From positions 52,655-116,654 of the forward strand of contig JAWOCD010000005.1 in assembly GCA_046483985.1 (NCBI GenBank): a stretch of 64,000 bases of DNA. The letters are read 5' to 3'. This DNA is from Promethearchaeia archaeon. GTDB taxonomy: Archaea > Asgardarchaeota > Lokiarchaeia > Sigyniarchaeales > SOKP01. How positions within the stretch are numbered: position 1 is the stretch's first letter; each line of letters begins with the position of its first letter. Both the position numbers and the translations under genes were made by a program. Of the stretch, positions 31,326 to 39,103 are shown piece after piece. A model generated the notes under the pieces. The model made no database searches. It worked only from the letters and a program-made list of their open reading frames with translations, and had not been told where the DNA came from.

Positions 31326-32732
31326 TTAATAAAAGTGAAGAGATAGATCCACCTCTTCGGACGGAAACTGAGTTAATCTACTTGAACTTATTACATCTGG
31401 TTCTGCTTCCAAATAAGAGGCCAGATTCTCGAAATTAATCCCCCCCGATACCTCAATTAAGACTTTATTACGCAAACCGTGCTCATTAAGTAGATTAATG
31501 GCATTTTTTACCTCTTCTGGATCCATATTATCCAGCATAATTATATCTGCTCCAATTTTTGCAGCTGTTAATAAATTCTCTACTTTCTCAATTTCAATTT
31601 CGATTTTTTTTGTAAAACTCGCTTTTTCTTTAACAGCTCTTAAAAGCACTTCCACATCACCATTATAATAACGTAAATGTGTATCTTTTAAAAGAATCAT
31701 ATCATCTAAGGAAAACCGATGGGGATCACCACCCCCGATTTCAATTGCTGCTTTTTCGAAGATGCGAAGTCCAGGGAGAGTTTTTCGTGTTCCTGCAATT
31801 TTTGTTTTTTTCTTCAATTTTTGAGTAAGATTTACATATTTTCTCGTAGTTGACGAGATAGCACTCATATGCGTAAGAAGATTTAATCCAACACGTTCTA
31901 TTAAAAGAATATCATGAGCATTTCCGGTTAAGTCAACGATATGATCTCCTTTTTCTATAAAATCACCGTCCCGGTTTTGAAGATCTGATTCTACATTACA
32001 CATATCGCATAGAACATTAAAAAATGTTAAACCAGAGATATAACCTTTACTTTTTGCGATAATTTTTGCTTTCACCCTTTCCTCTTCCGGAATAAATGCG
32101 GAGCTTACATCCTTAAATTGGCAATCTTCTTTCAAATATTCTCTAAGTTTTTCTTTAATCAAGATGATATTATAGTTTTTATCAACAGATTCCTTTACTT
32201 CTTTTGGGAGATTTTCAATTATATGGAGTTTGGTTTCTGGAGTAATTAAACAAACACCCTTCGGTTCTAGGTTCGTCACTTTAAATTTCTGTTTTCTACC
32301 TTTCCCCCTCGAAATAATGAGATTATCATCCAAGGTTATTGGAGTATTCTGGGAATTCTTTTTAATGAGGGATTTAACTTGGGAATTACGTTTTATATCG
32401 AAATTTAAAGCAGTAAGACTAACAGATTTGGCATCTTTTGCTTTAGCCTTTCTAATTCTAACAATGTCTCCTTTTTTAGTTTTCGTATTTTTTCTAAGAC
32501 GGGAATCAATCCGAGCAATTTGTAGCCCCTTATCGTCTGGATAATTTGGCCAAACTATTCCCGCACTTTTCTTTTTCCCTTTAATTACAACGATGTCTCC
32601 TGTTTCCAGATTTAAGTTTTTCATTATTTTTTCATCTATTCGAATGATATTTCGACCCTCATCTCGATCTTTAGCGCTTTGAACTTCTAAGATATAAATT
32701 TTTTCATTATGGTTATTATTGTTTTTCTTCAT
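31326..32732 (-). CDS. nadC: Quinolinate phosphoribosyltransferase with an N-terminal CDC48 N-domain
   Basis: C-terminal TRKTLPGLR, HRFSLDD..LLKDTH, DIIMLDN and EVSGGI motifs; residues ~12-172 align with the CDC48 N-domain in this window. Confidence 0.92.
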   Translation of the reverse strand: MKKNNNNHNEKIYILEVQSAKDRDEGRNIIRIDEKIMKNLNLETGDIVVIKGKKKSAGIVWPNYPDDKGLQIARIDSRLRKNTKTKKGDIVRIRKAKAKDAKSVSLTALNFDIKRNSQVKSLIKKNSQNTPITLDDNLIISRGKGRKQKFKVTNLEPKGVCLITPETKLHIIENLPKEVKESVDKNYNIILIKEKLREYLKEDCQFKDVSSAFIPEEERVKAKIIAKSKGYISGLTFFNVLCDMCNVESDLQNRDGDFIEKGDHIVDLTGNAHDILLIERVGLNLLTHMSAISSTTRKYVNLTQKLKKKTKIAGTRKTLPGLRIFEKAAIEIGGGDPHRFSLDDMILLKDTHLRYYNGDVEVLLRAVKEKASFTKKIEIEIEKVENLLTAAKIGADIIMLDNMDPEEVKNAINLLNEHGLRNKVLIEVSGGINFENLASYLEAEPDVISSSRLTQFPSEEVDLSLHFY

Positions 32733-32874
32733 TATCTCTTTTCTCTTTCCATTCTCTTTGAATATTGTTCTTAAATTAAAAAAAAGACATTACTGTATAA
32801 TTATTTATTCTAATCCTTTAAACAATTTATATAGTCCAATTGAATTTAATATTTATCTCCCCTTATTTTTAATT

Positions 32875-33519
32875 ATGGTTGTTCTTAAGGATTTATTTAT
32901 TGATGTTAACGGCATTCAATTAGAAGCCGAATATCTTCATTCCACCACTGATAATGAATTTGCAGTTATTATTTGTCATCCTCATCCGCAATACGGGGGA
33001 AGCATGCACAACAATGTGGTTTCAGCCGTTTTTTCTCGGTTAAAGATGGAAAATATCAATTGTCTTCGTTTTAATTTTAGGGGTGTCGGAAACTCTTCTG
33101 GATCTCCTTCTGACGGAGTAGGAGAATTGGAGGATGTAAAAGCATGTGTCGAGTACTTAGTTGGGGAAAAACATTATGAGAAAATATTAATATGCGGCTA
33201 CTCTTATGGCGCTGCGATTGGTTGTTCTGCAGTTAATTATAGTAAACATATTGTTGGTTTTGTAGCAATCTCTTTTCCATGGGATTTTATGGATGAAAAT
33301 TTCAAGAAATTATCCCAAACTGGGAAACCGAAATTTTTTATTCAAGGAGATGAAGACTCTATAGCTAAATATAATAGATTTCAAGAACATTATGACGATT
33401 ATCAAGAACCGAAGGAATATACTATAATCAAGGGTGCAAACCACTTTTACAGAAGTTATGAACACCAAGTTGCTGAGGAAGTACACAAATTTATTAAAAA
33501 AAATTATTCCCTTGATTAA
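32875..33519 (+). CDS. Alpha/beta hydrolase
   Basis: HPHPQYGGSM.N, RFNFRGVG.S, GYSYG, QGDED and GANHFY motifs; likely start is ATG 32875 (MVVLKD), not 32719. Confidence 0.9.
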   Translation: MVVLKDLFIDVNGIQLEAEYLHSTTDNEFAVIICHPHPQYGGSMHNNVVSAVFSRLKMENINCLRFNFRGVGNSSGSPSDGVGELEDVKACVEYLVGEKHYEKILICGYSYGAAIGCSAVNYSKHIVGFVAISFPWDFMDENFKKLSQTGKPKFFIQGDEDSIAKYNRFQEHYDDYQEPKEYTIIKGANHFYRSYEHQVAEEVHKFIKKNYSLD

Positions 33520-33523
33520 GAAA

Positions 33524-33919
33524 CTAAATTTCTAAAAAATTTCGCAGCAAATTTCTATATTTTTTTAAATTTTCTTTCAAGATATCATAATGCGTAAATC
33601 TGCCTTTTTTCCACCCTCTAATTAATTCAATATTTTCAAGAATTCGGAGATGATGAGAGATTGTCGGTTGTGATTTATCTAAATATGCTTCCAATTCGCA
33701 AACGCAGCGATCCTTTTCCTTTAAGATCTCAAAAATTTTTAAACGATCTTCATTTCCCAATGCATTACAGAATCTCAAAACTTTTTGAAAATCTGTGTCC
33801 TTTGGAATTTTTCTACCTTTTTCTTGGAGATTCTGATAATATTCTACGAGGTCTCTATTTTTTAAATCTATACATCCTTTAAGTGTCTCAATTATCTCTT
33901 GTTTTCTATCTTTTCTCAT
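33524..33919 (-). CDS. arsR: ArsR/SmtB metalloregulator
   Basis: ALGNEDRLKI, RCVCEL (alpha3 As-binding CxC) and SQPTISHHL motifs. Confidence 0.9.
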   Translation of the reverse strand: MRKDRKQEIIETLKGCIDLKNRDLVEYYQNLQEKGRKIPKDTDFQKVLRFCNALGNEDRLKIFEILKEKDRCVCELEAYLDKSQPTISHHLRILENIELIRGWKKGRFTHYDILKENLKKYRNLLRNFLEI

Positions 33920-33997
33920 TTGACAGTCAATTAGTAGTATTTGTTTTTTACTTCTAATATATTATTATATCTTTTAATATTAAATTTATTTTTATCA

Positions 33998-34025
33998 ATT
34001 CAAATCGAAGCACTTAAATCCAAAT
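33998..34025. promoter_or_regulatory. Candidate ArsR operator
   Basis: ATTCAAATCGAAGCACTTAAATCCAAAT aligns with ATTCAAATCGAAACTGATGAATTCAAAT upstream of acr3. Confidence 0.5.
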
Positions 34026-34151
34026 AACAATATCAATGAATTAAAATATATAATACAAAAACAAAAAAATGTTTGAAAATGCCTAAAAGTAAAAAGAATT
34101 ATGAAATTATAATTGAAAAAGAAATTGATAGAGATCATTAGGGTGATAAAT

Positions 34152-34610
34152 GTGAAAAAAATAACCTTTCAAATAACTATGCCGGTGAAGGAGGTAAGTA
34201 AAAATAAGGAATTTATTGTTAAAGTTGATAACCACGCGACATTTGTTAATGCCTTGGCGAAAGTGGATAAATTTGCGATGGCTCATCCCGAAAAGGCCCA
34301 TTTTTCCGATGATCATAATTATATTCGGAGTTATTTACAATTATTTTGGGATCCGAAGGAGAATGAAATTTATTCGGATATACGGGTCTTTGCAGCAAGT
34401 CCCAAAGGATTTATGCCTATAGAGCGTAATATTAATTTTAACTTGCATAATGATAGTGAGATCTCGCTTACCTCTTCCTCATGAGGGTGATGAGGGGGTT
34501 TGGGAAATCGCCCCGGTTATGCAGAATTTAAAAACATTCTCCGGAATAAATACGGAAAAGAAGATGAAACCTTTATCCATTACTTTCAAGCAAATAGAAA
34601 TAATAATTGA
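34152..34610 (+). CDS. Putative three-selenocysteine beta-grasp (MoaD/Urm1-like) protein with a U-G-U-U-G-G motif
   Basis: GGTGA SD before GTG 34152; in-frame TGA at 34482, 34488 and 34491; 38 further sense codons (GGLGNRPGYAEFKNILRNKYGKEDETFIHYFQANRNNN) to TGA 34608-34610; SECIS directly downstream. Confidence 0.75.
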
Positions 34611-34649
34611 ATGATATCCTCCAACAAATGCTAGTGGAGGGTTGACAAT
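34606..34649 (+). ncRNA. Eukaryote-type SECIS element
   Basis: AUGA (34611-14), 8-bp helix AUCCUCCA/UGGAGGGU, AAA at 34626-28 exactly 11 nt after AUGA, and GA at 34644-45 in K-turn register. Confidence 0.8.
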
Positions 34650-34764
34650 GGGATCGCATCCCAATTTTTGATCTAAAATAGATAATCTAATGATATTTAA
34701 CCTTATTAGATTACGTGATATTTGGTTTTGACAAAATGAATAAAAGAATAAGGGAAATTAATTT

Positions 34765-35160
34765 TTAGATTTCTGCCAACTTTTTTAGTTCTGGCTCGGC
34801 ATTTTCTTGGGCCCAATCAAGGAGTTGATCATAATATTTCTCTACGTCCTCCTCTGGCGGAAGGTCCGCTAAGATAGCAAGTATGAACTGCGTATTTTCA
34901 TTAATTATAATATTACGGCAAATGATGAAATCCTCTTTATATTTAATCTTCATGGATTGAAAGGCTGATAAGTCAATCTCCTCTGCAGCTTTATATGCTG
35001 ATTCACTTAGCAGTGATCCCATAGCAGCTACTACCTTTTCATCTACCTCCTCTGCTTTTTGGGATGCTAAAACTAAGCCCGCCTCCGTTGAGAAAAGCGA
35101 GGCCCTGAAATCACCATTTTCCATCAATCCTTTTAATACTCTCTCCAATCGACTAACCAC
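34765..35160 (-). CDS. Roadblock/LC7 domain protein
   Basis: FSTEAGLVLAS...VAAMGSLL helix followed by beta strands, the roadblock pattern. Confidence 0.8.
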   Translation of the reverse strand: MVSRLERVLKGLMENGDFRASLFSTEAGLVLASQKAEEVDEKVVAAMGSLLSESAYKAAEEIDLSAFQSMKIKYKEDFIICRNIIINENTQFILAILADLPPEEDVEKYYDQLLDWAQENAEPELKKLAEI

Positions 35161-35239
35161 GGATTAAATTCACATAAATTTTATTAGTATTAAAGTTAAA
35201 GAAAAACTGATATTTAATTTTATTTGAAATTGGTTTGTT

Positions 35240-35770
35240 CTAAGTTTTTAAATTTACTATAAAGGTTGAAAACATATTGGTATCTTCATCAATTTTTAAG
35301 GTTAAAACAGTTTTTTTAGCTCTTGGTTCATCAAATCCCGTTTTCTTAGGTGCCTTTTTAGGATTGGTCGGTGATCCAGGATTAAGAAGTAATTTATCGT
35401 AAGGAGTTCCTTTTATTAGGGGGTAGTGTGTGTGTCCATGAATTAAGATATCTAGTTCGTTTTGATCGAAAAAATCTTTTAAATGGTCAGGAAGTTGATG
35501 AATTATTCCAATCTTATAGATCCCGGCTTTAATTTTCTTAAATTGTGGTTCGTCCAACCTTTGATCTTCTTCTCCCTTAACACAGATGGTTGGTGCAATT
35601 GTTTCCAATTCTCGGAGTAATTTTTTATCACAAACATCCCCTGCGTGAATTATTCTATCAACGTCTTTAAAACTACTACTCAATTGATCCAAAAGCGACT
35701 TAAATTTTTCTGGGTCTTCCCTTTGGGAAAGATGAGTATCCGCAATAATACCAATCTTCATTCTTCTCAC
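35240..35770 (-). CDS. YfcE/Vps29-like metallophosphoesterase
   Basis: ADTH, HAGD, GHTH and NPGS motifs. Confidence 0.9.
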   Translation of the reverse strand: MRRMKIGIIADTHLSQREDPEKFKSLLDQLSSSFKDVDRIIHAGDVCDKKLLRELETIAPTICVKGEEDQRLDEPQFKKIKAGIYKIGIIHQLPDHLKDFFDQNELDILIHGHTHYPLIKGTPYDKLLLNPGSPTNPKKAPKKTGFDEPRAKKTVLTLKIDEDTNMFSTFIVNLKT

Positions 35771-36843
35771 ACACCCATAGTTAATCCTAAAAATAATATA
35801 AGAAACCCCAAAAACAAGTCAATTCCGATCCGAACAATACGATCTGAATTGGATTCTTTTTGCTTTTTTTCCAAATATTCTTGCTTCTTAAAATAATTCC
35901 CAAATTGTTTGAACCCCGTTTTTAGCGCGTTCTTAATTCTTGAGAATTGCCAAATAAATAAAATAATACTGATACCCAATAAAGGAAGATATAAGGTAAA
36001 TGTGATAAATGAAAAGGGATTTCCTTGCAGATAATTCCATGCTGCATGAGCCGAGACAATATTGTTCAAGAAATGGGCAATTATCACCGGAAATAACCAC
36101 CGCTTATTAATAATAAAAAGAGAAAAAATTATACCCACAAAAAAGGTTTGCAAGAACCAGATAAATGGGAGCCAAAAAGGATAGTTTCTACTTAACGGAT
36201 TTAAATAATAGACAAAATGCATAAGACCAAAATAGAATGAAGAAATAATGACTGCTGAAATTTTATTAAAAATCTGGCTTCCTCTATTTGTGAGAAAGCC
36301 CCTTACTAAAGTTTCTTCATAAAATGAAACACTAAATTGGACAATCAACACGGAAAAGAGGAAGATCAAGTATGATTTTGTAAGATATATATCCTTAGAG
36401 CTGCTTGAGATAGACACCGCAACATATTCCAAAATCTTCGGTTCCAGTAGATAGGTTATATAATCTAATGGTAAAAATATGATAAAAAAGAGCAAAAATC
36501 CATATAATACTTGATATTTTAAATTTGACTTTTTCACTTTAAATAGTTTAATATGTCTTAAAGCGGGTGAAGCATCATCCTCTAAAATAATCTTTTGTTT
36601 TTGAGTATTTAGAATAAGATTTGAAAAATACAGAAATAAAGGGATTCCGATAAGGACGGCAATAATTCGGAGTAAATAAAAGTTTATCCCATAAAAAATA
36701 GAATTAGTTTCTAAAAGTAAAGGCAACGCAAGACTTGGAATCAAGGAAAAAAGAAAAACCCCAAAAAACACTATTGCGATTTCTACAAAAAAGATAAAAC
36801 GTTCAATGATTATTTGTTTTTTTCTATTAGATGTTGACTGCAT
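35767..36843 (-). CDS. CPBP (CAAX/Abi) intramembrane metalloprotease
   Basis: EETLVRG, FGLMH and AHFLNN motifs. Confidence 0.9.
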   Translation of the reverse strand: MQSTSNRKKQIIIERFIFFVEIAIVFFGVFLFSLIPSLALPLLLETNSIFYGINFYLLRIIAVLIGIPLFLYFSNLILNTQKQKIILEDDASPALRHIKLFKVKKSNLKYQVLYGFLLFFIIFLPLDYITYLLEPKILEYVAVSISSSSKDIYLTKSYLIFLFSVLIVQFSVSFYEETLVRGFLTNRGSQIFNKISAVIISSFYFGLMHFVYYLNPLSRNYPFWLPFIWFLQTFFVGIIFSLFIINKRWLFPVIIAHFLNNIVSAHAAWNYLQGNPFSFITFTLYLPLLGISIILFIWQFSRIKNALKTGFKQFGNYFKKQEYLEKKQKESNSDRIVRIGIDLFLGFLILFLGLTMGV

Positions 36844-36919
36844 TAGAGAATAGATCCATATGAATTTATTTTTTAATTAATTTGATAAAAAGATGATATT
36901 TTAATTTTATTAGTATTTT

Positions 36920-37867
36920 TTATATCTTTCTAATGTCTTTTTCATCGGGGATTCCATTCCTTGCTCCAAAATGCTGAATGCAAAGACTTGCCACATAATT
37001 CCCCACCTTAATACACCTTAATAAATTAGTCCAAATGAGCTCGAGATTCGAAATTAATCCACAGATGAACCCCGCAGAGAATGCATCCCCTGCCCCAGTA
37101 GTGTCCACCACCTCGTTTACGGGACATGGCGATACTTTTTTTGATTTTTCCTTGTGTAAAAGGATTGCCCCGTCACTTCCCATTGTAACAATTAAAAATT
37201 TTATTCCAATATCAAAAAGAATCTGGCTCTTCTGGACGAGTATATCTCGCTCTATTTTTTCACTCTGAAGTAATGTTTTATACTCTCTTTTTGAAATAAT
37301 TAGAATATCAATAATTTCTAATAACTGTTTTATTTCTGAGATTCCTTGATCAATAATAAGCATTCCAGGGTTTAATATAACGGGAATCCCATTTCGCTGG
37401 GCAATTTTAGCCGCCTTGATAAAAGGGTTAATATTTTTTAGGCTGCTTAAATACAATATTTTGGCACGTAAAATCTCTTCAGATTTAATATTATCCTTGG
37501 ATAATTTATCGGCAGCCCCGCTATGTGCGTAGATTCTTCGGTCTCCCTTGGAATCAACTGCCACGTATGCAGATCCCGTCCCATAATTTTTGCTCATTTT
37601 TAATAGGTCTAAAAAGACACCAACCTTCCTAAAATCTGCTATGATTTTCTTTCCGAACTGATCCCCTTTCCCGATTTTCCCTAAAAAAGCGGATTTTAGC
37701 CCTAATTTGGCACAAGCATAAGCTGTATTTGCAGCAGCCCCCCCAGATAAGAGATCCAAACGGGCCACGAACACCTCATCATCACTTTTTGGATGTCGCT
37801 TAACCCGAGCTGACATATCTACTAATGCTGCACCCACAGAAATTACATCAAATTGATGATTCTTCAT
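36920..37867 (-). CDS. PfkB family carbohydrate kinase
   Basis: GGAAAN.A...AKLG and DTTGAGDAF motifs. Confidence 0.94.
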   Translation of the reverse strand: MKNHQFDVISVGAALVDMSARVKRHPKSDDEVFVARLDLLSGGAAANTAYACAKLGLKSAFLGKIGKGDQFGKKIIADFRKVGVFLDLLKMSKNYGTGSAYVAVDSKGDRRIYAHSGAADKLSKDNIKSEEILRAKILYLSSLKNINPFIKAAKIAQRNGIPVILNPGMLIIDQGISEIKQLLEIIDILIISKREYKTLLQSEKIERDILVQKSQILFDIGIKFLIVTMGSDGAILLHKEKSKKVSPCPVNEVVDTTGAGDAFSAGFICGLISNLELIWTNLLRCIKVGNYVASLCIQHFGARNGIPDEKDIRKI

Positions 37868-37900
37868 TTTAGATACTTTTTATTCGCTTTTTTAAGTTAA

Positions 37901-39103
37901 TTAAGAATATTCAAATTCTCCATAGTCTGAGTCTATTTTTAAGGAATTTTGCTTAGCCACCTTATTTTTTTCACAATGACCGATGATTTTTGCTTCTAAA
38001 TTAAATTTGTCTGCGTATTTAATTATTTCATTAGCAATATCTTCGTTGCAATAAAATTCAAGCCGGTGACCCATGTTAAATACTTGATACATTTCTCTCC
38101 ACGTTGTATTTGAGGATTTTTGAATGATCCTAAATATTCTAGGGAGTTTGAATAATGAATCTTTAATGTATTTTACTTCTTTTCCAAATTTCAAACATTT
38201 GGTCTGTCCACCTCCCGTATTATGGATAATTCCATGAATTTGATCTCGATATTCTCTTAGTACTTCTAATATTACTGGAGTATATGTTCTCGTGGGAGAT
38301 AATAGGGCACGTCCTATATCCAAATTGTAATTAGATATGGATTCTGTTAATGTGTGATCTCCAAAAAAGGCTAATTCTGGGTCGATATTTTTATCATAAC
38401 ACTCAGGAAACTTTTCGTAATAGGAATGATCTAAGGTACCATGCCGAGCCAATGTTAAGCCGTTGCTTCCAATTCCGCTATTATAATTATCTTCGTACGA
38501 AGTTTGCCCGAAACTGGCTAATCCTACAATCACGTCCGATTTATTGATGTCTCCAGCATTGATGACCTTTTTTCTCTTTAAAGTTGTAAAGGCAGATGCA
38601 TCAACAATTAAGGTTTTTACTAAATCTCCCACATCTGCTGTTTCCCCCCCGCACATAATTACTTCTAACCCCAAATTAGATATTACCTCAGCATACTCAT
38701 GATATCCGCTGATAATGGTATCTATTACCTTGCCGTCGATAAAGTTGCTATTTCTACCAATGTTATTGGAAAAGAAAATTGGACCTGTCGCCCCCACACA
38801 GAGCATATCATCGATGTTCATTACCATAGCATCTTGCACTATTCCTTTAAACACGGAAAGATCGCCTGTTTCTTTATAGTACATATATGCCAAACTAGTT
38901 TTTGTTCCCGCCCCGTCTGAATGAAATACGGAACAATACTTATTCTTATGCCTGATATCTTCTACAATTTTACAAAATGCGCCAGGAAACAAACCTTGAT
39001 CAAGATGTTTTATGACCTCATGCACATCTTCTTTTTGAGACGATACTCCCAATTTTCCGTAGAGATCTTCCTTCTTTCCCGACATTATTTTTTCATATAT
39101 CAT
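37901..39103 (-). CDS. purM: Phosphoribosylformylglycinamidine cyclo-ligase (AIR synthase)
   Basis: DGAGTK, GGETADV, GSNGLT, H.TGGG and VFNMG motifs; adjacent to purB. Confidence 0.92.
   Translation of the reverse strand: MIYEKIMSGKKEDLYGKLGVSSQKEDVHEVIKHLDQGLFPGAFCKIVEDIRHKNKYCSVFHSDGAGTKTSLAYMYYKETGDLSVFKGIVQDAMVMNIDDMLCVGATGPIFFSNNIGRNSNFIDGKVIDTIISGYHEYAEVISNLGLEVIMCGGETADVGDLVKTLIVDASAFTTLKRKKVINAGDINKSDVIVGLASFGQTSYEDNYNSGIGSNGLTLARHGTLDHSYYEKFPECYDKNIDPELAFFGDHTLTESISNYNLDIGRALLSPTRTYTPVILEVLREYRDQIHGIIHNTGGGQTKCLKFGKEVKYIKDSLFKLPRIFRIIQKSSNTTWREMYQVFNMGHRLEFYCNEDIANEIIKYADKFNLEAKIIGHCEKNKVAKQNSLKIDSDYGEFEYS

Noticed and set aside
32719-32874. N-terminal extension of the alpha/beta hydrolase
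   Set aside because: It overlaps the divergent nadC start and AT-rich promoter DNA; ATG 32875 fits the family length.
34608-34634. TGA 34608 as a fourth Sec, reading on to TAG 34632
   Set aside because: It abuts the SECIS core, so it is too close for recoding by eukaryotic rules, and read-through would translate into the SECIS. Treated as the stop.
34479-34664. 61-aa minus-strand ORF
   Set aside because: Antisense shadow of the selenoprotein tail and SECIS; no protein-like features.
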